NCBI GenBank assembly: GCA_963732385.1
Contig: CAVSZB010000007.1
Span: 1,056,001-1,120,000 of the forward strand
Direction: 5' to 3'
Source: an uncultured bacterium
GTDB taxonomy: Bacteria > Krumholzibacteriota > Krumholzibacteriia > LZORAL124-64-63
DNA: 64,000 nt
Shown here piece by piece: positions 28,954 to 38,983 of this stretch. The position numbers and the translations under genes are program-made. The stretch's first letter is position 1. Each line of letters starts with the position of its first letter. The notes under the pieces were generated by a model. The model saw only the letters and a program-made list of their open reading frames with translations. It ran no database searches and had not been told where the DNA came from.

Positions 28954-30486
28954 TCAGTACCGGTCCAGCCGGTACAACGACACCGTCCACCGCTGCGGCT
29001 CGGTCACCCCGAGCCCCGGCACCATGCAGTCGCGCAACCGTGTGAAGGTGACGCCGCGCACGACCCGCCCGTCCCAGCGGGGGGGGCCGTCGGTGCGGTC
29101 GACGAGATAGTCCGGCGTGACGACGTCGAGCCAGGCACCGCTCTCCACCATCGCCGGAAATCCCCGGGCCCGGCCGAGGTCCAGCAGTTCGGGACTGACG
29201 AGCCCCGCGAGATCGACGATCCGCCGCTCGCTCGACCAGCCAAGCGCCCCGATGTCGAGGCAGGCCACCTTGGCATCCGTCGGCGTGTGCGTTCCCAGCC
29301 ACTCCCCCAGCGGCACGAGGCACTCGCGCAGCCCACGGCCGAGGTCCTGGGCGTGCGGCCGCACCCGCGCCACGAGCAGCCAGCCGTTCAGCCCGACGGT
29401 CGCCAGGCAGGCGCCGACCAGAAGCGCCGACCGCCACCGCGCCAGCCGCCCCCCCGGACGCACGCCGGGACCTGGCCGGAGCGGCGCGGCGAACAGCGCG
29501 ACCGCCAGCAGGATCGCCGGCGAAAGCGGGCTCAGGTAACGCGAGATCACCCACACCTGTTTGACGGCGTAGCCGCCGCACAGGACGGCGACCCAGGTGA
29601 TCGCGATGGCCGGCACGATGAATCGCGGCGCCGGCGAGACACCGGGGTCGCCCCCGCGCGGAGCCAGCCATCTACCCAGCACGATCAGCGCGAGCAGCCC
29701 CGCCCAGAGCGGCGCCTGGGTCGCGCCCAGTTGCACCGCGGAACGCAGCAACGACGCGCCGACGACGCCGGGCACCAGGGTCAGAGCGTAACTCTTCGCC
29801 GTGGCCGTCTCGGGCGTGAACCGGCCGAACGCCTCACGGGCGTAGAACAGCCACGGCCCAAGCACCAGCGCCGCCCCCAGCGCCGCCGGCAGACCGGCAC
29901 GCTTCCAGAGCGGCCGCTCCCCGCGCCACGCCAGCCACGGCCAGGCCAGCGGGCCAAGCAGCAGGAACTCCGGCCGGGTCAGCCCGGCCAGTCCCGCCGC
30001 GAGTCCCCAGCCGAGCCAGAGCCGCGGCGGCGTCGGCCGCGCCACCGCCGGCCAGAGCAGCATCAAAAGCAGCGCCGTCGCCAGCGGGGTCTCCATGCCG
30101 GACCAGGTCCAGCGGAGGAACCAGGCGTCGGCGGCAAACAGCAGCAGCAGCGGCAGGCGCCACGCCGCCGGCAGCGGCAGCCGGGTCAGGATGGCGTCGA
30201 ACACGAGCAGCGCCAGCAGCGCCGCCGCCACCCCCAGCACCCACGGCGCCACGAGCGCCGGCAGACCGAACCGCAGCAACAGCCCCAGCCCGCAAACCCA
30301 GAGCGGGCTCGTGCAGCCGTAGGTCGGATCGCCGGGGTTGAAGGACAGTTCGCCGCGCTCGACCAGGTGCCGCGCGTACCGCAGATGGATGTAGGTGTCG
30401 TCGGTGATGTAGCCGCGCAGCAGCAGACCGCCGCCCGCCAGGACGGCGACGGCCAGGGCGAGACGAATCAGTCGGGCGCGGTCCAT
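28954..30486 (-). CDS. Polytopic membrane glycosyltransferase (GT-C-like)
   Basis: ITDDTYIHLRYAR DD motif after TM1, TSPLW, SGMET, LTRPE, many TMs, C-terminal 'DIGA...IVDLAGL' domain. Confidence 0.75.
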   Translation of the reverse strand: MDRARLIRLALAVAVLAGGGLLLRGYITDDTYIHLRYARHLVERGELSFNPGDPTYGCTSPLWVCGLGLLLRFGLPALVAPWVLGVAAALLALLVFDAILTRLPLPAAWRLPLLLLFAADAWFLRWTWSGMETPLATALLLMLLWPAVARPTPPRLWLGWGLAAGLAGLTRPEFLLLGPLAWPWLAWRGERPLWKRAGLPAALGAALVLGPWLFYAREAFGRFTPETATAKSYALTLVPGVVGASLLRSAVQLGATQAPLWAGLLALIVLGRWLAPRGGDPGVSPAPRFIVPAIAITWVAVLCGGYAVKQVWVISRYLSPLSPAILLAVALFAAPLRPGPGVRPGGRLARWRSALLVGACLATVGLNGWLLVARVRPHAQDLGRGLRECLVPLGEWLGTHTPTDAKVACLDIGALGWSSERRIVDLAGLVSPELLDLGRARGFPAMVESGAWLDVVTPDYLVDRTDGPPRWDGRVVRGVTFTRLRDCMVPGLGVTEPQRWTVSLYRLDRY

Positions 30487-30588
30487 GCTCACGGCTTCCC
30501 CCGGCTGGAGACCGGGCCGAGGATACAGCCACGGCCGTTCGCCGTCACGGGCGCAGGCCCGGGTGGACATGCGTCGGGGCACGCGCCC

Positions 30589-31746
30589 CTACCGCAGGAA
30601 CATCGGCACGCCCTGCACTCCCCGCACGCGGGGACGGTACTCCTTCTTGTCGTAGAACTTGTCCACCTCGACCCGCTTGACCCCCTCGACGACGGCGTTG
30701 AGGCCGACCGTAGTGTACTTGCCCTCCTGCAGCGCAACCATCACGCCGGAGGCGCCGTGCAGGAGCATGTCCATGGCGAGGTTCGCGAAGTTCATCGCGA
30801 CCATGCGGTCGAGCGCGTCGGGCGCGCCGCAGCGCATCAGGTAGCCGAGCGCCTGGTAGGTGACATCCTCCCCGGTCAGCTTCTTGAGCACCTCGGCCGT
30901 GTGCAGGCCGACGCCGCCGAGCTTCTTGTGGCCGTAGGCGTCCTCCTCGCCGCGCTCGACGATATCGCCTCCCTCGATCGTCGCCCCTTCGCTGATCGTG
31001 CAGATGGCGTAGTTGCTCGGGTTGTCGCGCTTGTCGCGCACGAGCATTTCGGCCAGCGTTTCGACGTTGAACGGCACCTCGGAGATCAGCGCGCGGTCCA
31101 CGCCCGCGAGATAGCTGGCGATGAGCGCGGTCTCGCCGCTGTTGCGTCCGAAAAGCTCCACCAGGCCGAGGCGCTCGTGGCTGCCGACCGGCGTGCGCAG
31201 CTGCGTGATGTACTCGACACTGCGGCTGACGGCGGTGCCAAAGCCGATGCAGTAATCGGTGCCGAAGACGTCGTTGTCCATCGTCTTGGGGATGGCGATC
31301 TGCGGAAAACGTTCCTGGTTCAGACGCGCCGCGTAGCTGAGGGTGTCGTCGCCGCCGATCGGGATCAGCGCGTCCACCCCCGCATCCTCGAGATTTTTCA
31401 GGATCTGCGGCGTGATGTCGGCCGGGTACTTCCGCTCGGGCGAGCGCAGATGCTCCGGCATGTCATTTTCCCGCACCTTCTGCGGATTCGTGCGTGAGGT
31501 GTGCAGGACGGTGCCGCCGGTACGGTCGATCGTACGCACGTCGTTGGGCGTGAGGGTCCGCACACAATGCTTGTTCCACTCCGCGTCGCCGACGCGGTAC
31601 GCGGCCAGGCCGCCCCAGCCGCGCAGGAACCCGACCGCCTCCCAGCCGGCTTCGTACGCGCGCAGCACGACCTGCTTCATGCACGGATTCAGGCCGGGGA
31701 CATCGCCCCCGCCGGTCAGGACGCCGATCCTCTTCTTCCTCGCCAT
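30589..31746 (-). CDS. pfkA: 6-phosphofructokinase, probably PPi-dependent
   Basis: [32 protein letters not shown]. Confidence 0.92.
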   Translation of the reverse strand: MARKKRIGVLTGGGDVPGLNPCMKQVVLRAYEAGWEAVGFLRGWGGLAAYRVGDAEWNKHCVRTLTPNDVRTIDRTGGTVLHTSRTNPQKVRENDMPEHLRSPERKYPADITPQILKNLEDAGVDALIPIGGDDTLSYAARLNQERFPQIAIPKTMDNDVFGTDYCIGFGTAVSRSVEYITQLRTPVGSHERLGLVELFGRNSGETALIASYLAGVDRALISEVPFNVETLAEMLVRDKRDNPSNYAICTISEGATIEGGDIVERGEEDAYGHKKLGGVGLHTAEVLKKLTGEDVTYQALGYLMRCGAPDALDRMVAMNFANLAMDMLLHGASGVMVALQEGKYTTVGLNAVVEGVKRVEVDKFYDKKEYRPRVRGVQGVPMFLR

Positions 31747-31851
31747 GTGATCCACTCCCTGGCAGGGCGGCCGCGGGGCCGCAAAACCGTGTTCAAGCGG
31801 GCCGGCCGAATCTACGGTGCGGAACGGGGCCGGGCAAGGCCGGCCCCCGCG

Positions 31852-32895
31852 CTACGCCGACATCCATTTCGCCACGCGCGCGCCGTCGGGTCCCCCGGCC
31901 AGGAAGGTGCCGCGGCGCGACATCTCGACCAGACGACGCACATCGCTCTCGCTGAAGTCGAAAGCCTCCATGGCCAGTTCGTACTCGCGGGAGATGGTCG
32001 TGGCCGACACGGTCGGGTTGTCGGTGCAGAGGGCGACCTTCATCCCGGCGTCGAGGAAACGAGGCAGCGGGTGGTCCCGCAGGCCGGCGACCGCGCCGGT
32101 CTGCACGTTCGAGGAGAGGCAGACCTCCACGTACACGCCGTCCCGGGCGAGACGCTTCATCAGGGCCGGATCGCGACCGGCGCTGGTGCCGTGCCCGATC
32201 CGCCGCGGTCCGAGGTTGTCGAGTGCCTCCCAGATGCGCTCCGGGCCCTCGCTCTCTCCGGCATGCACTGTGCACTTGAGCCCCATCCTGTGCGCAAGCG
32301 TGTACGCCTCGCGGAACAGGACGGGCGGGAAGGGGGCCTCCGGACCGGCAATATCGAAGCCGCACACGCCGACCCCGGCGTGGTACTCCTCCTTCTCGCC
32401 GATCACTTCGCGCAGGAGGATGCGCGCCATGTTGCCACCGTGGCTGCGCATGGCGATCACGATGATGCCGGCGCGAAACTCCGGGTGCTCGCCGCCGAAC
32501 TTCGACAATCCCTTGCGCGTGGCATGAATGACCTGCCGCGTGGTCAGCCCGGCGCGCCGGTGGATGAGCGGGTTGATGCGCAGTTCGAGCAGCTTCACGC
32601 CGTCGGCCCAGGCATCCGCCGCGATCTCGTAGGCGATGCGCTTGATGTTGTCGTAGAACTGCGTGTACTGCAGCGGGACATGAAACTTGTCGAGGTAGTC
32701 GAGCAGCGAGCGGTCCTGCTTGTCGTCCCATTCGAGATAGCGGCGGAACTGCTCGAAATGAAGGCCCGGAACCGCCGAATAGTACATTTCCGACAGTTCC
32801 CAGAGCGTGGCGGGGCGGATCGAGCCGTCGAAGTGGCGGTGCAGGTCGGACAGCGGCAGGGTCTGCAGGAAGTCGCGGCGGTCTGCGGGGGTCAA
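31852..32895 (-). CDS. add: Adenosine deaminase family protein
   Basis: DLHRHFDGS, GFDIAGPE, VHAGE, RIGHG, CLSSN, TDNP; TTG start after AGGAGG. Confidence 0.88.
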   Translation of the reverse strand: MTPADRRDFLQTLPLSDLHRHFDGSIRPATLWELSEMYYSAVPGLHFEQFRRYLEWDDKQDRSLLDYLDKFHVPLQYTQFYDNIKRIAYEIAADAWADGVKLLELRINPLIHRRAGLTTRQVIHATRKGLSKFGGEHPEFRAGIIVIAMRSHGGNMARILLREVIGEKEEYHAGVGVCGFDIAGPEAPFPPVLFREAYTLAHRMGLKCTVHAGESEGPERIWEALDNLGPRRIGHGTSAGRDPALMKRLARDGVYVEVCLSSNVQTGAVAGLRDHPLPRFLDAGMKVALCTDNPTVSATTISREYELAMEAFDFSESDVRRLVEMSRRGTFLAGGPDGARVAKWMSA

Positions 32896-33065
32896 AGGGA
32901 TCCTCCTTTTGCGGGGAATATGATAGCCCTTCAGCGCCCGGCTGTCGACCGGGCGGCCCTGGCGAGGCTTCACCCCTCGACGCCGCGCGTCCGTGCCCTT
33001 ACCCTGTGGCCTCGATTGCGACCGGTTTCGCGACCGCACGCGGACCACCAGGCAGGAGGAACGGG

Positions 33066-34067
33066 ATGTTCGACCGTGGTGTGCTGGATATCGACCTCGA
33101 GCGGGAAGCGGATCACATCGCCGAGCGGCTGCGGCATCTGGTTGGGCACGGGCTCAAACGCCGGGGCCTCGTGGTCGCCGTGAGCGGCGGCATCGACAGC
33201 AGCGTGTCGTGCGCGCTGGCTGTGCGCGCGTTCGGCGCGGCGAAAGTGTTCGCGTTGCAACTGCCAGAGCGCGACTCCTGCGCCGAGACCGGCCGGCGCG
33301 GCCGGCTGCTGATCGGGCACCTGGGCGTGCAGAGCGCCGTCGAGGACATCGCCCCCACGCTCGAGGCGATCGGCTGCTATCGCCGCCGGGACGCGGCGTT
33401 CCAATCGGTCTTCCCGGGGTACGGACCAGGCTGGAAGAGCAAGATCGTGCTGCCCGCCGACCTGCTCGATTCCGACCGCATGAATGTCTATCGGCTGGTT
33501 GTGCAGGACCCGCTGGGCGGGACCCAAGAAGCCCGGCTGCCGCTGCAGGCCTATCTGGAAATTGTCGCGGCGACGAATTTCAAACAGCGGATTCGCAAGA
33601 CCTTCGAGTACTACTACGCTGACAAGCTCAACTATGCGGTGATCGGCACTCCCAACCGGCTCGAGTACGATCAGGGCTTCTTCGTCAAGAACGGCGACGG
33701 CGCTGCCGACGTGAAGCCGATCGCCCACCTGTACAAGACGCAGGTGTACGCCATGGCGAAGCATCTCGGACTGCCGGCCGAGGTCTGCAACGCCACCCCG
33801 ACGACCGACACCTATTCGCTGCCGCAGGGACAGGACGAATTCTACTTCGTGCTGCCCTACGCGGAGATGGACCTGCTGCTCTGGGCCCTCAACCACCAGG
33901 TGCCGCCGGCCGAGGCGGCCGCGGCGCTCGGGCTGCAGGCGATCCAGGTGGAGCGGGTCTACCGCGACATCGAACGCAAGCGCGCCACGACACTGTCATT
34001 GCACCTGACATCTCTCCTGACCAGGGAGGTCCCGGAAATCGTGAAACAGGTGCCGCCGGCCAGATGA
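33066..34067 (+). CDS. nadE: NH3-dependent NAD+ synthetase
   Basis: VSGGIDSS, NFKQRIRK, GFFVKNGDG, LYKTQVY; no glutaminase domain; AGGAGG RBS. Confidence 0.9.
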   Translation: MFDRGVLDIDLEREADHIAERLRHLVGHGLKRRGLVVAVSGGIDSSVSCALAVRAFGAAKVFALQLPERDSCAETGRRGRLLIGHLGVQSAVEDIAPTLEAIGCYRRRDAAFQSVFPGYGPGWKSKIVLPADLLDSDRMNVYRLVVQDPLGGTQEARLPLQAYLEIVAATNFKQRIRKTFEYYYADKLNYAVIGTPNRLEYDQGFFVKNGDGAADVKPIAHLYKTQVYAMAKHLGLPAEVCNATPTTDTYSLPQGQDEFYFVLPYAEMDLLLWALNHQVPPAEAAAALGLQAIQVERVYRDIERKRATTLSLHLTSLLTREVPEIVKQVPPAR

Positions 34068-34289
34068 TATCTTCAATCAAGGATTTCCAACCACAGTCCC
34101 GGGAATGACCTGTGCGGACTGGCCTCCCTGAATCAGGGGATTTCACCCTCATTAACTCCTAGTTTGACGCAAGGGTTTTTCTTGCGAAAAACCGCCTGGC
34201 GCTCCATGCTCTATATGAGCATCGCCTTTCAGTAATGCTGAGCCGATCCGGCTCCCGTCGGAGCGGCTCTCTTCCGGGAGGAGAGCGGC

Positions 34290-34757
34290 ATGCGCGTCAC
34301 GACCCGCGTCCGCTACGGCCTGCGGGCCATGCTGCAGATCGCTGATCACTATCAGAACGGTCCCGTCCCCATCAGCGCGATCTCACACACCCAGGAAATC
34401 AGCGCGAAGTACCTGGAGCAGATCGTCGGAAACCTGCGCCGGCACGGCATTCTGGCCAGCCGCAAGGGGGTGCGCGGCGGCTACTTCCTCACCCGCGCCC
34501 CCGCGGAGATCAGTCTCTGGGAAGTGATCTCCGCGCTCGATGGCGAAACGGAACTGGTCGACTGCGTGGCGCACCCTGAGACCTGCGAGCGGGCCGACGA
34601 CTGCTGCACACGGGTGATCTGGTCTCTGCTCGGCCACCGGCTGCGCGACTTCTGGCAGGGCTTCTCCCTGCAGGATCTGCTCGACCAGCTCCCCACGGGC
34701 TCGGACGGGCTGCTGCCATGCGCGCATGGCCGGGCCCCGGCGGAAACGCCTCATTGA
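34290..34757 (+). CDS. Rrf2 family transcriptional regulator with three Fe-S-type cysteines
   Basis: RYGLRAM, ISAKYLEQI, SRKGVRGGY, C-x6-C-x5-C (CVAHPETCERADDC). Confidence 0.93.
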   Translation: MRVTTRVRYGLRAMLQIADHYQNGPVPISAISHTQEISAKYLEQIVGNLRRHGILASRKGVRGGYFLTRAPAEISLWEVISALDGETELVDCVAHPETCERADDCCTRVIWSLLGHRLRDFWQGFSLQDLLDQLPTGSDGLLPCAHGRAPAETPH

Positions 34758-34900
34758 GGTCCGCAGCGGAGCGGCCAGGCCGCCGTCGCGCCCGGTTGAC
34801 ATCATCAGGCCATGGCATGACATTTGCCTGCCGTGTACGGATCTCCCTGCGGGCCTGGCGGGCTGATCCGCCCGCCCAACGCTGCAAGTGAGGATCGCCC

Positions 34901-35905
34901 ATGTCGTTCATCGAAAGTCTGCGCCGCCGGGCCGCCGCCTCGCGACGGACCATCGTGCTGCCGGAAACCTGGGATGACCGGACCCTGATCGCCGCCGCCA
35001 CGGCCCGCAACGAGGGACTCGCCCGTCTCGTGCTCCTCGGGGAGCCCGACGTCCTGCGCGCGAAGCTGGACGCTCTCGGCCACGCCGCGACCGATCTCGA
35101 CTTCGTCGATCCGGCCACCCACCCCGACCGCGAGCGGTTCTGCGGGATCTTCCACGCCAAACGCGCCGCGAAAGGGGTGACGGCCGAGGAAGCGGCCCGC
35201 ACCCTGGCCGATCCCCTGTTCTTCGGCGCGATGCTGGTGGCGCAGGGAGCCGCCGACGGCATGGTGGCCGGCGCGGTCAACGCCACGTCCAATGTGCTGC
35301 GCGCCGGTTTCCAGGTCATCGGCACGGCGCCCGGCGTGGCGATCGTGTCGAGCTGCTTCGTCATGGTGAAGCCCGACTGGGCGTTCGGCGAGAACGGCCT
35401 GATCGTCTTCGCCGATTGCGCGGTCAACCCCGATCCCGACGCCGCGCAACTTGCCGACATCGCCCTGGCCACGGCCGCCACCGCGCGCGCCCTCTGCGGC
35501 TTCGAACCGCGCGTGGCGATGCTCAGCTACTCCACGCTGGGCAGCGGCACGGGGCCGAGCCCCGACAAGGTCACCGAGGCGACGCGCCTGCTGCGCGCGA
35601 AGGCGCCCGACCTCTCCGTCGATGGCCCGCTGCAGGCCGACGCCGCGCTGGTGGCCGCCATCGGCAACCAGAAGGCTCCCGGCAGCCCGGTCGCGGGGCG
35701 CGCGAACGTGCTCATCTTCCCCGATCTCGACGCCGGGAACATCGGTTACAAGCTGGTGCAGCGCCTCGCCGGCGCCGAGGCGGTGGGTCCGGTGCTCCAG
35801 GGCATGGCGAAGGGGGTCAACGACCTCAGCCGCGGCTGCAGCGTGGAGGATATCGTGAACGTGATCGCCATCACCGCCCTGCAGAGCGGGGGAAACGGCA
35901 AGTGA
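34901..35905 (+). CDS. pta: Phosphate acetyltransferase
   Basis: [48 protein letters not shown]. Confidence 0.96.
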   Translation: MSFIESLRRRAAASRRTIVLPETWDDRTLIAAATARNEGLARLVLLGEPDVLRAKLDALGHAATDLDFVDPATHPDRERFCGIFHAKRAAKGVTAEEAARTLADPLFFGAMLVAQGAADGMVAGAVNATSNVLRAGFQVIGTAPGVAIVSSCFVMVKPDWAFGENGLIVFADCAVNPDPDAAQLADIALATAATARALCGFEPRVAMLSYSTLGSGTGPSPDKVTEATRLLRAKAPDLSVDGPLQADAALVAAIGNQKAPGSPVAGRANVLIFPDLDAGNIGYKLVQRLAGAEAVGPVLQGMAKGVNDLSRGCSVEDIVNVIAITALQSGGNGK

Positions 35906-37116
35906 GGAACGTCCTCGTCATCAACTGCGGCAGCAGTTCGCTCAAGTACCAGTTGCTGGACATGGATGAGGAGCGCCTGCTGGCCAAGGGGCTGGTCGAG
36001 CGGATCGGGCTGGACCAGGGCAACCACGTCTACGGCCGTCCCGGGCGCGACGACATCGTGCAGGAGGCGCCGGTCCCCGACCACGCGCGCGCGATGCAGC
36101 TGCTGCTGACCGCTCTCGTCGATCCGGTCCACGGCGTGCTGCGCAGCCTCGGGGAAATCGCGGCGGTCGGCCACCGCGTCGTGCACGCGGGCGAGAAGTA
36201 CGCCACCTCCGTGCGCATCGACGACGATGTCCTGGCCGCGCTGGAGGAGTGCATCCCGCTCGCACCGCTCCACAACCCGGCGAACCTGACCGGACTGCGC
36301 GCGGCCGCCGCCTGCCTGCCCGACGTGCCGATGATCGGCGTGTTCGACACCGCCTTCCACCAGACCATGCCTGATCGGGCCTACATCTATCCGCTGCCCT
36401 ACCGGCTCTACGTCGAGAGCAAGATCCGCCGTTACGGCTTCCATGGCACGAGCCACCGCTACGTCGCGCAGCGCGCGGCCCAGATCCTCGGCCGGGACCT
36501 CTCCGAGCTGAACCTCATCACCTGCCATCTGGGCAACGGCGCCTCGGTCTGCGCCATCGACGGCGGCCGTTCCATCGACACCTCGATGGGTTTCACGCCG
36601 CTCGAGGGCCTGATGATGGGCACCCGCTGCGGCGACATCGACGCGGCGATCGTCGGTTACCTGTCCGAGAGGCTGGGCCTTTCGCTCGCCGATATCGACA
36701 AGATGCTCAACAAGCAGAGCGGCATGCTCGGCATCTCCGGCATCTCGAGCGATCTGCGGGACGTGGAAAAGGCATATGCCAACGGCGACGACCGGGCGCG
36801 TCTCGCCCTCGAGATCTACACGTACCACATCCGCAAGTACATCGGGGCCTACGCGGTCGCGCTGGGGCGGGTGGACGCTATCGTATTCACGGCCGGCGTC
36901 GGGGAGCACGACTCGCTCGTGCGCGAATGGTCGTGTCAGGGACTCGACATCCTCGGCGCCCAGCTCGACACCTTCAAGAACGCCACCCGGCACGACGAAG
37001 CGGTCATCAGCCGGATGGGCTCGCGCGTGAAGATCATGATCGTGCCGACCAACGAGGAACTCATGATCGCGCGCGACACGGCCGCTCTCGTGTTCGTGGC
37101 GACGACGGCGCGCTGA
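35902..37116 (+). CDS. ackA: Acetate kinase
   Basis: GTGA overlap with pta; [43 protein letters not shown]. Confidence 0.97.
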   Translation: MRNVLVINCGSSSLKYQLLDMDEERLLAKGLVERIGLDQGNHVYGRPGRDDIVQEAPVPDHARAMQLLLTALVDPVHGVLRSLGEIAAVGHRVVHAGEKYATSVRIDDDVLAALEECIPLAPLHNPANLTGLRAAAACLPDVPMIGVFDTAFHQTMPDRAYIYPLPYRLYVESKIRRYGFHGTSHRYVAQRAAQILGRDLSELNLITCHLGNGASVCAIDGGRSIDTSMGFTPLEGLMMGTRCGDIDAAIVGYLSERLGLSLADIDKMLNKQSGMLGISGISSDLRDVEKAYANGDDRARLALEIYTYHIRKYIGAYAVALGRVDAIVFTAGVGEHDSLVREWSCQGLDILGAQLDTFKNATRHDEAVISRMGSRVKIMIVPTNEELMIARDTAALVFVATTAR

Positions 37117-37142
37117 GCTGACGCGGCTGCTCCGGGGCCCCG

Positions 37143-38834
37143 CTACCTCGCGGCGGCCGCCCAGCGCACGCGGCCCGCGACGATGCTCAGCAGGGGGCGC
37201 AGGCGCAGCACCGCCGCGGACGACGCCGCCAGAGGATCCCCACTCAGGACCGTCAGATCGGCGAGATATCCCGGCGCCAGCACGCCGAGCTCGTGCTCCC
37301 GGAACGCCGCCCAGGCAGGGCCGGCCGTGTACAGGACGAGCGCTTCACGCGGACTGACCGTCTGCTCCGGGTGCCAGCCGCCGACCGGCGTGCCGTCGGC
37401 CCGGGTTCGCGTCCGCGCCGCGTACAGGCCTGGCAGAGGATCGACCGCCTCGACCGGCGCATCGGTCCCCCAGCAGAGATGCGCTCCGGAATCGCGCAGG
37501 GCACGCCAGGCGTAGGCTCCACGCGCCCGCTCCTCCCCCACGCGCGCCACCACCCACTCCATGTCGCTGGTGCAGTGGACCGGCTGCATCGACGCGATCA
37601 CGCCGAGCCGAGCGAAGCGCGGGAGGTCGGCGGGATCCAGCAGTTGCGCGTGTTCGATCCGCCAGCGAGCGTCCCGCAGATCCAGTTCGGCGGCGAGCCT
37701 CGCGTACAGATCGAGCACCTCGCGATTGGCGGCGTCACCGATCGCGTGCGTGCAGACCTGGAATCCGGCCAGGCCGGCCCGCCGGGCCGTCTCCTCCAGC
37801 CTGGCGACGGACGTCACGGCCAGGCCGCGGTTGCCGGGGTCGTCGTCGTAGTCGCGCCGCAGAAGCGCGCCGCGCGAGCCGAGCGCGCCGTCGGCGTACA
37901 GTTTCACGGCGCGTACAGCCAGCATCCCGTCGGGACTGGTCCACGGACCGCGCGTCAACCAAGGATCGAGTGTCGCCGGGTCGTCGGCCAGCATGACCTG
38001 CAGCCGCAGCCCCAGTTCGCCCGCCGCCGCCAGCTTCTCGCAGACGGCGACCGTCGCCGCGTCGGCGCCCGCGTCGTGCAGGCCGGTGAGCCCGCGCTCG
38101 AGGCAGTGCGCGACGGCGAGCCGCACGCACCGCTCGCGCTCCGCCGGCGTCGGCGCGGGCACCGCGCCCGCCACCAGATCGACCGCATTGTCCACCAGGA
38201 TACCGGTCGGCTCGCCCGCGGCATCGCGGACGATGCGGCCGCCCTCCGGATCGGGCGTGGCCGCGGTGATACCCGCGCGCGAGAGCGCCACGCCATTGAC
38301 CCAGGCCGCGTGGCCGTCCACCCGGCGCAGCAGGACCGGCCGCTGCGACGTCACGGCGTCCAGCGATCGGCGGTCCGGGAACTCGCGGCCCGGCCAGCGG
38401 TTCTGGTCCCAGCCGCGTCCCTCGAGCCAGCCTTCGCCGGGCACGGCGCGCACCGCCTCCGCCACCCGGGCAACCGCCGCCTCCTGCGAAGGGGCGCCGA
38501 CCAGATCGATGGTGGCGAGGGCCTTGCCCAGACCGTACAGGTGCGCGTGACCGTCGCAGAGTCCCGGCACGACCACGGCGCCGTCCAGTTCCACCACCCG
38601 CGCGCCTGACTTGGCCGCGAGGAGGCGAGCCTGCACGTCGTCACCCACGAAGACGATCCGATCGCCCCGCACGCCGATCGCCGTGGGGGCCGGCTGCGGC
38701 TCCGGCTCGAGCAGCGTGAGAACCCGGCCGCCGACGAGGACCAGATCCGCGGCGGGGGCGGACGCGCCGATCGGCGGGACGGCGGCGAAAGCGAGGGTCG
38801 GCGCCGCGGCAAGAAGTGCAAGCAGAGTCAGCAT
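37143..38834 (-). CDS. Exported amidohydrolase (YtcJ/Amidohydro_3 family)
   Basis: Signal peptide; PGLCDGHAH, RVDGHA, KLYADGALGS, THAIGD, RIEHAQ, GTDAPVE, GYLADL. Confidence 0.9.
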   Translation of the reverse strand: MLTLLALLAAAPTLAFAAVPPIGASAPAADLVLVGGRVLTLLEPEPQPAPTAIGVRGDRIVFVGDDVQARLLAAKSGARVVELDGAVVVPGLCDGHAHLYGLGKALATIDLVGAPSQEAAVARVAEAVRAVPGEGWLEGRGWDQNRWPGREFPDRRSLDAVTSQRPVLLRRVDGHAAWVNGVALSRAGITAATPDPEGGRIVRDAAGEPTGILVDNAVDLVAGAVPAPTPAERERCVRLAVAHCLERGLTGLHDAGADAATVAVCEKLAAAGELGLRLQVMLADDPATLDPWLTRGPWTSPDGMLAVRAVKLYADGALGSRGALLRRDYDDDPGNRGLAVTSVARLEETARRAGLAGFQVCTHAIGDAANREVLDLYARLAAELDLRDARWRIEHAQLLDPADLPRFARLGVIASMQPVHCTSDMEWVVARVGEERARGAYAWRALRDSGAHLCWGTDAPVEAVDPLPGLYAARTRTRADGTPVGGWHPEQTVSPREALVLYTAGPAWAAFREHELGVLAPGYLADLTVLSGDPLAASSAAVLRLRPLLSIVAGRVRWAAAAR

Positions 38835-38983
38835 CGAAGCCTTACCTTTCCCGGATGACCCCGGACCGCTGGTCCGACAGCGTAGCAGCGTAGCAGCGTG
38901 GCGGCGGGCGGCAACTGTTTCTGTTGGCCGCGCCACAACCGGCCCCCTGCAGTCAACCGTTACGCCCGGAGGTTCCACCCCGC

